IMG/VR virus record: IMGVR_UViG_3300032298_001038
Location: 134,313 to 198,312 of that record
DNA: 64,000 nucleotides
DNA from: a virus
Direction: 5' to 3' (one strand)
Shown: positions 17,125 to 25,855 of the stretch, one piece after another
How the letters are laid out: each line of letters begins with the position of its first letter
Position numbering within the stretch: the stretch's first letter is position 1
The notes under the pieces: model-generated
Database searches by the model: none
What the model was told of the DNA's origin: nothing
The model's input: the letters and a program-made list of their open reading frames with translations, nothing else
Program-made: the position numbers and the translations under genes

Positions 17125-19773
17125 TTAACCAGTCTCTTTTTCCAGCGACTCTCCTGACGGAATAAGAAATTGATCGCACCAGTCTTTGTTAACTAGTACG
17201 CCTTGCATATTGTGTACGACTTCTTCGCCCGCGTAAACGCCGTCCTGTTGCAGCAAATCTATTATCGCCAACCAGTTAGGGCCGACGCTACGCTCTGTAT
17301 AAAAATAACGATCAATGGCCCGTCGATTCAACCACCAATGGTCTTTTTTGCGTAAAATATAGTCATTGGTTTGCCGGCTATTTCTGGGTACCGGTAAAAC
17401 CGTTAGTTTTTCGGCCGAAATGGCTCTGTTTAGTTCGCGCGCGAGTTCGGTGTGGGCAGAAGAGGCGTAGGCCATGAGGCTTTGGGCGTGCGCTAAATTG
17501 AACGCTACGCCGTATGTTTCGCTCATCCACGCGTGTAAGTCGTTGAGCACAGTTGCGTGGATGTTGTCTACGCGGCTGAATATGTTCAGCCGGTTTTTTA
17601 ACGCGCGCTGAATGTACGCTGGCAAGACGTACCGCAGCGGGTCGAGGTCGTATTGCAGATTTGTTGGCGCGGCTTTTATCGCCTGCCAGCCGTAACTGAG
17701 GCCGCTGGTGGCCGGCGGTTGTTGCAGCCGTAAAAATAGCGGCCGATTAAAGTACTTCGGGACGTGCGGGTTAAACACGTCGTCGTTGAACGCGCTGTAG
17801 CCTAGAACCGGCCACGTCGCGGTTGCGGTAATGCTATTTAAAAAGTGATGCGAGTTTTTGCGCTGGAGCACTGTCGTTTGTTCGCCGGCACAACCCAAGG
17901 CCTCGCCGACGCGCTGGGCAACGTCGAAGTTTTGGCACGAAATTGCTGTGGCGATATAGTCTTTGCGCATAATCGGCGCGACGAGGTTGCCTAGCGCCGC
18001 GGCGGTGAACGCCCACACGAACGAGTTTTCATGGGCGGGCGTCAACAGGTCGCGAAGCGGCAGCGGTGCAATTGGCGCTGGTTCTGGAAACACCTTGGCC
18101 GTCTTGCGCGACGTCCAGCCTTGTGCCGGCTGTATTTCGCCGGCGTGGGTTAGTTCGTATTTGGCAAAGCGAAACGTGTGCGTATTTTCGTCCCACCCAG
18201 ACTTGGTCGCCACGTTTACGAGTTTGGGCGGGCGCAACTGCATCGCGATCATATGGCTGCTTCTGTTCCACGAGCGGTCAAAAATGACCAACTTGCCGTG
18301 TGGCGCCATGACTGTCGCAGCATATGCCAACAAACCCATACGTTCAATTCGCTTGGCAGAGTCTGTAAACGTGTACTCTTGATTGTCCATGTACACGCTG
18401 CCGGAGTACATCTTGTCGCCGGTATCGGCTTGCAACACTTTGGCGATAGTTACCCGCGCATTTGATATTTGCTGCCCCATTTGATTCCACCACCCCGTGT
18501 CTCGCTCAATTACGATTCGCCGTCGACCTGTTCTGGTCGGAGCAGCGAGCGACATTTTGACCGCGGCGAGTACGCGGTCTTTAAAGTCTTTTGAAAACTG
18601 TGCTGCGTGCCGCTCAAGAAACAGGCTAAGTTTGTCGTGCGGCACAGTGAGTCGCTGCATGAACGCTTGCGCGTTAAGTTCGCTGACACCGATGGTCGCG
18701 TCAATTAACGCTTTTTGCCACGTTTTGGCGTTGACGCGCATAGCGCTGAGCCGCCCCATGATTGCGTGGTCGACGGCTTTACCGTACGGTTTTGTGACCC
18801 GGTTGGACGGCGGCACCGCAGCGGCGTAGCCCTTGGCGTTGCAGGCGCGGCTGATGAGTTCTGGTGTGGCTACGGCGCCGTGGAATATTCTGCCGCCGTT
18901 TGGTAATGCCGCCCATGTTGCGCCGTAACTTTCGGCCTCTGGACCGCTATAACTGGCCGCCAGCGGTAAGGTCTGCATGTGGCGCGCGAGATAATCGCAC
19001 TGTGTTTGCAGCACCCAGAGCGGGTCGTCGGACACAAACTGGGTGCCTTTGAGCATTTCCGGCGCAGAGCCAATGACTTCTTTGAGCAGAAAATACCCGG
19101 CTTCGGGTTTTTGCCGGCGGTAGCCGGACAGCCCAATAAACACCTGCTTAGATTCGTTGATGTCGTTGTATTGCAACAACAAGAACCCGGTTAATCTTCC
19201 GGGCAGGTCATAAAAAGGAAATACAAGAGCGGCCCCACCGTCGCGTAATCGAGGCGGTTTCGCTCTTCCCATTTCCGCACAAACTTTTGCAATTTGGTCA
19301 TAGTGCGCGACCCCTACAAGGCCGTAACATCCGTCAATTTCACTCCTGACACCAAACTCTCTAAGCCGGCAGGCGATAACGTCATCGCCATGATTCCAGA
19401 CCTGAGATTCCGCGTCGAACCAGAAGTTCTCAGCGGCTTTTTGTTTAGCCAAAGCCCGGTCATAATCGCCAATTACCCTGTTCGCGTCGTTTTCCGTAAT
19501 AATGCCGGAATCGCTGAATTTTGTGAGGGTATTTGGTAAACTTAGATTCCAGATATTGGCCCCAAACGTTATGATATCCCCGTGGGCTGAGCAGGCCGTA
19601 CAGTTCAACCACAGGCCGTCTGTTAAAATATCATCGAAAACGTGAAGCGTGTTTTGCTGACAATGCGGGCATTGTAAAATTGCTGGGAAGACCGGCTTTT
19701 CCAACGACAGCCCCAAAACGGCTAAAGCGCGCAAATGGTTGTGTCGGCGAATTAAACAAGCAGGAAAACCCAT
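17125..19773 (-). CDS. Large primase-like replication protein (882 aa)
   Basis: N-terminal CPHC...CTACSAHGDII resembles a CHC2-type zinc finger; FPFYDLPGRLTGF resembles the DnaG FPIxDxxGxVIGF motif; no clear TOPRIM or Walker motifs seen. Confidence 0.5.
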   Translation of the reverse strand: MGFPACLIRRHNHLRALAVLGLSLEKPVFPAILQCPHCQQNTLHVFDDILTDGLWLNCTACSAHGDIITFGANIWNLSLPNTLTKFSDSGIITENDANRVIGDYDRALAKQKAAENFWFDAESQVWNHGDDVIACRLREFGVRSEIDGCYGLVGVAHYDQIAKVCAEMGRAKPPRLRDGGAALVFPFYDLPGRLTGFLLLQYNDINESKQVFIGLSGYRRQKPEAGYFLLKEVIGSAPEMLKGTQFVSDDPLWVLQTQCDYLARHMQTLPLAASYSGPEAESYGATWAALPNGGRIFHGAVATPELISRACNAKGYAAAVPPSNRVTKPYGKAVDHAIMGRLSAMRVNAKTWQKALIDATIGVSELNAQAFMQRLTVPHDKLSLFLERHAAQFSKDFKDRVLAAVKMSLAAPTRTGRRRIVIERDTGWWNQMGQQISNARVTIAKVLQADTGDKMYSGSVYMDNQEYTFTDSAKRIERMGLLAYAATVMAPHGKLVIFDRSWNRSSHMIAMQLRPPKLVNVATKSGWDENTHTFRFAKYELTHAGEIQPAQGWTSRKTAKVFPEPAPIAPLPLRDLLTPAHENSFVWAFTAAALGNLVAPIMRKDYIATAISCQNFDVAQRVGEALGCAGEQTTVLQRKNSHHFLNSITATATWPVLGYSAFNDDVFNPHVPKYFNRPLFLRLQQPPATSGLSYGWQAIKAAPTNLQYDLDPLRYVLPAYIQRALKNRLNIFSRVDNIHATVLNDLHAWMSETYGVAFNLAHAQSLMAYASSAHTELARELNRAISAEKLTVLPVPRNSRQTNDYILRKKDHWWLNRRAIDRYFYTERSVGPNWLAIIDLLQQDGVYAGEEVVHNMQGVLVNKDWCDQFLIPSGESLEKETG

Positions 19774-20944
19774 GACAACTCCGCTCGATCAAACACAGGA
19801 CGTGGCCGGACGCGAAACGCACCGGCTGACTACGCTTTTTGCTTGCCCTGATTTTGTTAAGTCTGCTTCGGCTGAGCGGACACACGGCGACAGCACACTG
19901 CCGCGCCACATGTACGCCGATCAATACAATAAACTTTATCCGTGTCATTCCGCGGCTGCAACATGGCTGTCCGCCCTTCACTTTGCCGACAAGCGTGCGT
20001 CGTTTAACGAAAAGCGCGCCGACGAGATTCATTCCCGCATCGTTGCGGCGGCTAAGTTTTTCGGAATCCTTGGCGCGGTAAATGAACTCGAAGAGAAGGT
20101 TGCGGCTGTCAACGTTGACGACCTCAACAATCTTTCTGACGACAATTTCGCTATCGTGTGGGCGGCTGACGCAGGCGCGAAAGAACGGCACTGGCCGCTG
20201 CGTAACGCGACTGAGGTCAAGTTCGCCGCTGAACATTTTAACACGTATCGCGATGAGTTCGTATTCGAAGACCGCCAGAAGGTGGCTGAAAAGATTCTCG
20301 TCAAGGCTGCCGAGTATGGCGCCGACATTGGCGATCACGAGCATGTGCTGTCGTTATCGGCTGGCTTCGGCGCTTGCGCCGCGAGTGTTGCCGGCGACAT
20401 GCTGCGCAAGCGGGCGGCGCTTGTACAGCGCAGCAACAGCCCCGCGGCAGTTGAGATGTTGAAGTTGGCCGCTGTCGTCGAGAGCAACCCTGAAAACGCG
20501 CGCGAGCAAGAGATGCGTTTGAAGTTAGCCGCCGCCGTCGACGAGTTCGACCGCGTCAATCACCTCGACCGGCTGTATGACGCCGGCGGGTTGCCGCGTC
20601 CTGAAGAAGTGTTGTTCGCCGTGACCGAGAAGGTTGCGAACGATTTCATGCGCGCCAACGTCGAGACGACTACGGGCAATGTGTATGCGCTGGACGATCT
20701 GGAGAAACTGGCGCTGGAGCAGGTGCGTGAGTGGCTTGGCGACGATTTCGCCGACGCCGTGACTGCTGGCGGCGTCTACCTCGACCGCGACAAGTTGGCC
20801 GCGATTGTGCCGACGTTGGATCGCGGTATGGCGTCGATGCTGGACCGGCTGATGCAAGAGAACAAGATCGCGGCTGTCGTGCAGACAAAAGCCGCCGAGT
20901 GCTTACTGCCGCTCGAAAAATTGTTCGAACTTGCAGCCGAGTGA
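19772..20944 (+). CDS. Hypothetical helical protein (~390 aa; start re-picked at MTTPLD)
   Basis: AGGA Shine-Dalgarno; long Ala/Glu-rich ORF with high GC3. Confidence 0.85.
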   Translation: MTTPLDQTQDVAGRETHRLTTLFACPDFVKSASAERTHGDSTLPRHMYADQYNKLYPCHSAAATWLSALHFADKRASFNEKRADEIHSRIVAAAKFFGILGAVNELEEKVAAVNVDDLNNLSDDNFAIVWAADAGAKERHWPLRNATEVKFAAEHFNTYRDEFVFEDRQKVAEKILVKAAEYGADIGDHEHVLSLSAGFGACAASVAGDMLRKRAALVQRSNSPAAVEMLKLAAVVESNPENAREQEMRLKLAAAVDEFDRVNHLDRLYDAGGLPRPEEVLFAVTEKVANDFMRANVETTTGNVYALDDLEKLALEQVREWLGDDFADAVTAGGVYLDRDKLAAIVPTLDRGMASMLDRLMQENKIAAVVQTKAAECLLPLEKLFELAAE

Positions 20945-20996
20945 CGTTTCGGCTATATTCCCGCGCGGTCTGGGTTCATCAACCAAGGGGAATATT

Positions 20997-21365
20997 ATGC
21001 AGAGCCTCAACAAGTGGCTTGTGTCTATTTGTTTCAGCGTAGTCGTTATTTTGGCGCAGGTGATCGTCACGCAGTACATGGTGATCTCCGGTTTGCGCAC
21101 GCAATTGGATTACACCAAGACTGCGCAGCGCATCGCGGGCGATCAAATTGCCGACATGATGTACGAGTTGTCGCGGGTGCGGAGCGAACGAGACTCGAAC
21201 GACACGCAAAAGTTTGTTGAGGGCGTAGTCGCTGCGATTGAGCGGCGCGATGAGTTCAGCGCTATCTGGCACGACGGTTACAGCCGCGGGACGGAGGTGC
21301 AACAATACGTCGCCGAACTAGACGACAAACGGACCACCACGTATACTAAAGACCAGAAGAAATAA
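20997..21365 (+). CDS. Membrane-anchored coiled-coil protein (start re-picked at MQSLNK)
   Basis: AAGGGG Shine-Dalgarno, one N-terminal TM helix, WHDGYSRG motif. Confidence 0.75.
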   Translation: MQSLNKWLVSICFSVVVILAQVIVTQYMVISGLRTQLDYTKTAQRIAGDQIADMMYELSRVRSERDSNDTQKFVEGVVAAIERRDEFSAIWHDGYSRGTEVQQYVAELDDKRTTTYTKDQKK

Positions 21366-21369
21366 CTGA

Positions 21370-21447
21370 CGTGGAGTGGAGAAGCCCGGTCATCTCGTTG
21401 GCCTCATAAGCCAAAGAACGCTGGTTCAAATCCAGCCTCCACCACCA
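21370..21447 (+). tRNA. trnM: tRNA-Met(CAU), initiator-like
   Basis: Anticodon arm TTGGC-CTCATAA-GCCAA; unpaired C1:C72; A11-U24; T loop TTCAAAT; encoded CCA. Confidence 0.9.
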
Positions 21448-21476
21448 GATTGGTGTCCCGGCAGGGTCACCCTTTG

Positions 21477-21503
21477 AGCCTCGCCTTCGGGCGGGGCTTT
21501 TTT
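21477..21503 (+). terminator. Intrinsic terminator after tRNA-Met
   Basis: AGCCTCGCC-TTCG-GGCGGGGCT followed by a T run; cUUCGg loop. Confidence 0.85.
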
Positions 21504-21729
21504 ATTTGCCCGGGACACAATCAAGCAGCGCCGATCGCGCCGCCAGCAATGCCGAAAATGTTGCGTTTAACATATTGTACGACACGCGATCCATTTCTGG
21601 TTTGCAAATAAGTTCGCCGAGTTCTTCGTGGGCGGAGTGTATAAGTTCAAAAAGGGAAATTCGTTGTTTCTTCTGAAACTCTTTCTCCCGTTTTTCGTAT
21701 GCTTTCTCTAGGTGACTTTTCTTGGCCAA
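21502..21729 (-). CDS. Small hypothetical protein (75 aa)
   Basis: AGGTG upstream of ATG; helical composition. Confidence 0.55.
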   Translation of the reverse strand: MAKKSHLEKAYEKREKEFQKKQRISLFELIHSAHEELGELICKPEMDRVSYNMLNATFSALLAARSALLDCVPGK

Positions 21730-21961
21730 AGATTATCGCCCGCAGCCGCGACAAAAGACTTCGTCGCGAGGGCGTCTCCTGTGCAGGTTTGCGATCCGCC
21801 AACATGGCTGGATCAAGATTTTGAGACGTTAAACGTGCGTCTTCTTCTGCTAAGCGCATCTCGACGTATTCGAGCCATGCGTGATATTCTTCCTCGCCAT
21901 TACGGTAGTACTCGTCTGGCGGTAGATAAGGATCATTCGGCAGCCGGTCGTTCCAGCCCAC
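21647..21961 (-). CDS. Hypothetical protein (104 aa, GTG start)
   Basis: GAGG Shine-Dalgarno; MGWNDRLP start; C-terminus overlaps the next ORF. Confidence 0.5.
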   Translation of the reverse strand: MGWNDRLPNDPYLPPDEYYRNGEEEYHAWLEYVEMRLAEEDARLTSQNLDPAMLADRKPAQETPSRRSLLSRLRAIIFGQEKSPRESIRKTGERVSEETTNFPF

Positions 21962-22136
21962 GAAAAGCCTCCTCTTGGGTTAAAAGTTCGTGGCGGCTAA
22001 TAATGATATCGGGGTCGGCGGTGAAACCGAGTCTGACCTTGTCGCCCACGATCTGTACGACCTTGACGACTATCGTCCGACCCTCTGGTGTTTTGATAAC
22101 AATATCCTCATCATGCTTTCGAGATAGCACTAACAC
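21933..22136 (-). CDS. csrA: Carbon storage regulator (CsrA/RsmA family RNA-binding protein)
   Basis: MLVLSRK start, KVRLGF and ISRHEL motifs, 67 aa. Confidence 0.9.
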   Translation of the reverse strand: MLVLSRKHDEDIVIKTPEGRTIVVKVVQIVGDKVRLGFTADPDIIISRHELLTQEEAFRGLERPAAE

Positions 22137-22147
22137 GGTATGGCCTT

Positions 22148-22819
22148 TCAGCCCGCGGCTTGCTCCAACATCTTCACGACGGAATCAGCGGCGCCATTGG
22201 TGAGCGACAGCGCTCGCAGTTGCGCGGCGAGAAGTTTTGTCTTGAGCCGAATGGATTGGTTGATGTCCTGCTTCTTGCCTTCCTCAAAATCATATACAGC
22301 GTTGAACATCGCGGGGTCGTCAGAGAAATCCCCGATGCTCGGCGATACCCGGGCCGATCGCAGGGCGATGCGCAGGATGTCCGGAGGATTGATCAAACCC
22401 TCGCTGTCCAGCACTGTGCCGATATAGGCCCGTATTTCGTCGGTAAACGGCTCTGCTTGGCTTTCTTCAGGCGGGTAGATCAGCAGGGCCTCTGTGATGC
22501 CCCACGCCGCCTCTTCGGCGTCTGCGGGGTCCCAAGAGGCGGGGTCGTAGGTGTCGCCGCCCAGAACGTTGCAGAACGCGATAAAATCGGGCAGGGACCG
22601 GTAGAAGCGGTCGGTGGTCAGAATCTGGATCGCCACCATCAACTTGTCGAGCGACAGTTGGGGCAGATCGACGTCGAACTCTTCTTCGACCTCAAGCGCG
22701 ATCGTGGTCGGGTCCCACGTCAGCGCCTCCGTCCCGAACCGATCCAAAAACATTGTCAGCAGAACCGAGGCAAATGTTTCCCTGCTCGTCCACGCTTCCT
22801 GCATTATGCTTTTCGACAT
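22148..22819 (-). CDS. Hypothetical acidic protein (223 aa)
   Basis: Long ORF with high GC3 and globular composition. Confidence 0.8.
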   Translation of the reverse strand: MSKSIMQEAWTSRETFASVLLTMFLDRFGTEALTWDPTTIALEVEEEFDVDLPQLSLDKLMVAIQILTTDRFYRSLPDFIAFCNVLGGDTYDPASWDPADAEEAAWGITEALLIYPPEESQAEPFTDEIRAYIGTVLDSEGLINPPDILRIALRSARVSPSIGDFSDDPAMFNAVYDFEEGKKQDINQSIRLKTKLLAAQLRALSLTNGAADSVVKMLEQAAG

Positions 22820-23273
22820 TTAACCCGCTCCTGTTCTCAATTAATAGCCGACCGCGACGGTACAGTTCACTTAGATTGTACCCGATCGACTCCATGGGCG
22901 GATGCGGTAGTTGCTGCTCGTCGTCACCCGTATCGAGGTCTAAAAACCCTGTACGGCCGGTCCACGTGCAGTACTGGCTGTCGGCAAACATTAACTGGTT
23001 TAACTGATTGAACAGTTCTGGTTCGGAGTACAGCCCCGACCATAATTCGGTCAGGATGGCTGTCTTTTGCTCGGGCCGTAAAAACGCCAATTTTTCAAAC
23101 AGGTCTGCGGTCAATAAGAACAGCAGTACATGGTTTTCCACGTCGGCGTCGTCGGCTAACGGTTGCGCCCGTAAAACCGTGGTGAACAGATTGCGGATTT
23201 GCAACTTGCTGAGTTTTAGGACCCGTGTTATCATGCCCAGCGTCAGTTTCTTTTCACCGCTGGAGGTTTCCAT
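22692..23273 (-). CDS. Hypothetical protein (start re-picked at METSSG; alternative 23282)
   Basis: Globular composition; 3' end overlaps 22148..22819 by 128 nt. Confidence 0.55.
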   Translation of the reverse strand: METSSGEKKLTLGMITRVLKLSKLQIRNLFTTVLRAQPLADDADVENHVLLFLLTADLFEKLAFLRPEQKTAILTELWSGLYSEPELFNQLNQLMFADSQYCTWTGRTGFLDLDTGDDEQQLPHPPMESIGYNLSELYRRGRLLIENRSGLNVEKHNAGSVDEQGNICLGSADNVFGSVRDGGADVGPDHDRA

Positions 23274-23547
23274 GGTTTCCATTCTTGATGATCTTTCCAA
23301 GGTTACGCAAGGCCGCGCCGACTTTGTTGTCGAGGGTAATACTATCGAAGAATTACTGGACGCGTCTACCGCGCACCTTGTTGTAAAGAAGGCGGCTGAA
23401 CTTGGGTTTAACCGCCCGGGCGTGTCGAACTCCGGCGGGCCGTACCCTGTCGACGCTGAAGGTAAGTCTGACGACGATTTGCTGATGGGCAAGCGCACGA
23501 TCGCGGCTTACCGTCGCGACTTTACCGTGCTCGCGGCTCTTCTTTAA
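23272..23547 (+). CDS. Small hypothetical protein (91 aa; start re-picked at MVSILD)
   Basis: GGAGG Shine-Dalgarno 5 nt before ATG. Confidence 0.75.
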   Translation: MVSILDDLSKVTQGRADFVVEGNTIEELLDASTAHLVVKKAAELGFNRPGVSNSGGPYPVDAEGKSDDDLLMGKRTIAAYRRDFTVLAALL

Positions 23548-24026
23548 TCTTCGCCTTCCGGGCCGAACGTCATCAGATGCGCGATTCTGGCGGCATAGAA
23601 ATCTGCCACCATTGAAGATATCTTCTTGAACCGCGCGAGCATTTCCGGGACTATCGTGTCCCTGAACTCCTTGTTGACGACGGCCCGGAGGGCGTCTCGC
23701 GCCTCTTGCGAGTATTTAGCGTCGGCGCACTTCTGCGCGGCGCTGCGCACAGCCGTGCTGTTGTCCAGCATGACCTGCACGAACTTCGGGTTTACGAATT
23801 CGACGTTAAAACCATATTGGTCGACGAGTGCTTGCGCTTCGGCAACCTCGAAAACAGAGCGCCCCGGCCAGACATCCGTCTTTGTCGAATCTTTGCTTGG
23901 ATACCGCAGCCGGTCCATCGACCAGCCGAACGCGGCAATGTCGTCATTTGGCTGCGCCATTTCGAAGGGCGGCTTTTTGGTCGGCTCTTTCTTGTCGATT
24001 TTTCTGCTGAGTTTTGACTTGGCCAT
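23544..24026 (-). CDS. Hypothetical protein (160 aa)
   Basis: ATG ORF, convergent 4 nt overlap with 23272..23547. Confidence 0.75.
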   Translation of the reverse strand: MAKSKLSRKIDKKEPTKKPPFEMAQPNDDIAAFGWSMDRLRYPSKDSTKTDVWPGRSVFEVAEAQALVDQYGFNVEFVNPKFVQVMLDNSTAVRSAAQKCADAKYSQEARDALRAVVNKEFRDTIVPEMLARFKKISSMVADFYAARIAHLMTFGPEGED

Positions 24027-24139
24027 TTTCTGATATCTAAGGGAAAGTGCGAATAGCGAAAACCCCGGCGGCTACGTAGCACGAAACATACCTTGTGGGT
24101 GATGTTTCGGCTACGTAGCCGCCATGATGTCGCTCCGGA

Positions 24140-24520
24140 TTACCGGAGCGAAGCCGTGCAGGCGATATAAGCGTCGCGCTGGGCGACCGCTTCGGCGTAC
24201 TCGTTGTACGGCCGTCCGTTGAAACCGTACGGATCGTCGGTTTCGATATCGAGCACGTCATTCCGCATCAAGGCGGCAATGTACTCGTGGTAGTAGCCGG
24301 CAATGACGCCGCGCAGTTTGGGAAGAGTCACTTCCATGATCTCTTCCTTCCAGAACTGAATACGCCCCCACTCGTCATCGGGGAACAGGCGCACGGCTTC
24401 AGCCTCGCGCTGCTCGATGACACGATCAAACAACTTGATCGCGTGCTCGGGGACAATCACGAATTCGGGACGCTTGAAGACCCGGCCCAGAATCGCTTGC
24501 TTCGTCGCTGCGACAGACAT
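24140..24520 (-). CDS. Hypothetical protein (126 aa)
   Basis: GGAG Shine-Dalgarno; high GC3. Confidence 0.75.
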   Translation of the reverse strand: MSVAATKQAILGRVFKRPEFVIVPEHAIKLFDRVIEQREAEAVRLFPDDEWGRIQFWKEEIMEVTLPKLRGVIAGYYHEYIAALMRNDVLDIETDDPYGFNGRPYNEYAEAVAQRDAYIACTASLR

Positions 24521-24615
24521 GCGGCAAACTCCACGGGGTTGTAGTTGCGCACTCCCATAACAATAGGGGGTGCAACTAATATGCCCGGTTTTTGCCGAGA
24601 ATTTAGCAACTGCAA

Positions 24616-24682
24616 CTACCGCCCGCCCTAGCCGCTAAACGCAGCGGACACCGCCTGAAGCGAACGTTCGGGCGAGCGGTAG
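24616..24682 (-). other. Intergenic branched RNA structure
   Basis: Minus strand CTACCGCTCGCCC/GGGCGGGCGGTAG (13 bp, one U-G) enclosing CCGCT/AGCGG. Confidence 0.5.
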
Positions 24683-24712
24683 AAGATCGCAACCTACGCG
24701 TGGCAGGTGCGG

Positions 24713-25015
24713 CTAGAACGTCATTTGCACGGTCTGGCCGGCGTTGTTGACGTAGACAATTCGCAACTGCTCCGCGCCGAAGTGCTTCTTTAACTCAGCC
24801 TTTTTTTCGGGGCTAAGCGCGGCCAAGCACATCTTGATCTTGGCGAGTTCTTCTCGCTGTTTTACTTGGCGTTTGCGAGCGCACGAACCGCAGCCGCCAT
24901 TTTTAGCCGTGAAGATATTTTTTTTATTGGTGAAGCACGGAATCGAGTCGGCCAACGTTTTGTTAGCCAGCATCGATAGAATTGTGCTGTCTTCGATTAC
25001 GACAATGCTGGGCAT
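24713..25015 (-). CDS. Small protein with GGCGSC motif
   Basis: AAGGAGG Shine-Dalgarno; CxxC followed by a basic helix. Confidence 0.8.
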   Translation of the reverse strand: MPSIVVIEDSTILSMLANKTLADSIPCFTNKKNIFTAKNGGCGSCARKRQVKQREELAKIKMCLAALSPEKKAELKKHFGAEQLRIVYVNNAGQTVQMTF

Positions 25016-25030
25016 AAGCGCCTCCTTGCG

Positions 25031-25855
25031 CTATTCGGTTTCTACGTGCGCGCCAATCCAGACGTCTCCGCCGGGTTGCAATTCGTCGGCGATATCAAGT
25101 GTGTTTTTCAGGATTTGAATGTCTTCAAGCACGGCGTTCACGAATGCGCGGACTTCCTCGCGAGAACGGAGAAACACGTCAACGTAATTCGTGCGGAGCC
25201 ATGCGGGGCGGCTGTTCGGCGTGGCTTCGTCTTCTGGGTACTCTTCGAGATCAACGGACGAGCACACGTGGTCAAACGTGGCGACTTGTTCGTCTGCACC
25301 CGGAGCGACAGGCAGCATCTGATACGCGAAAATCTTAGTCGGCATCAGCGTGGCTTCAGGGGCTTCGATGCGCACCCGGATGCCGTCAATGTCGTTTATG
25401 AAGTACCGACTGGTCGACCATTGAATGTGAATGTTGCGCTCGGACACGATAGCCATCGTCGGCTTGGGGTCAATGTCGCGGTCATAGAAATTGAGCGTGA
25501 GCGTGTCTTCAAGCCATACGGCGCCGGCGGAAGATTGTGCAAGTTCCGCGAGCGCTTCTGGTGTGGTCATGTTGACGTTGAGTGGCGAGTTGAGAATTCG
25601 CACGCGCAACGTAACCGGGCCAGTCGTTGTCGATTTGATATAGCCGACTGACAAGCCTTCGTTGTTTGTCAGGCTAGGTTGTACAATCTCGACGCCCTCG
25701 CGGTCAGCGACAATCTCTGCCTGCATGCCTTCCATCGGCAAGTTTTCGGTGTCCTTGACGCGAACCTTGACTGAAGCCCCATCGAGGCCGTTAGCCAAAA
25801 TAAGCGGCCGGTTACCGTAAAATATGCGCGAAAGCGTGGGGCTAATTTGTCTCAT
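25031..25855 (-). CDS. Protein with N-terminal Ig-like (Big-1/invasin-type) domain, probably virion-associated
   Basis: ILANGLD.ASVKVRVKD..NLPMEG...TNNEG......STTTG.VTL resembles Big-1 repeats. Confidence 0.6.
   Translation of the reverse strand: MRQISPTLSRIFYGNRPLILANGLDGASVKVRVKDTENLPMEGMQAEIVADREGVEIVQPSLTNNEGLSVGYIKSTTTGPVTLRVRILNSPLNVNMTTPEALAELAQSSAGAVWLEDTLTLNFYDRDIDPKPTMAIVSERNIHIQWSTSRYFINDIDGIRVRIEAPEATLMPTKIFAYQMLPVAPGADEQVATFDHVCSSVDLEEYPEDEATPNSRPAWLRTNYVDVFLRSREEVRAFVNAVLEDIQILKNTLDIADELQPGGDVWIGAHVETE

Noticed and set aside
20997-21365. Spanin or holin assignment
   Set aside because: TM plus coiled coil fits an i-spanin, but no overlapping lipoprotein o-spanin or endolysin is adjacent
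24031-24040. TTAGATATCA shared with 63189-63198 as a phage late-promoter motif
   Set aside because: Only two upstream instances, at different distances from the ATG (4 versus 21 nt); GATATC also occurs inside coding regions
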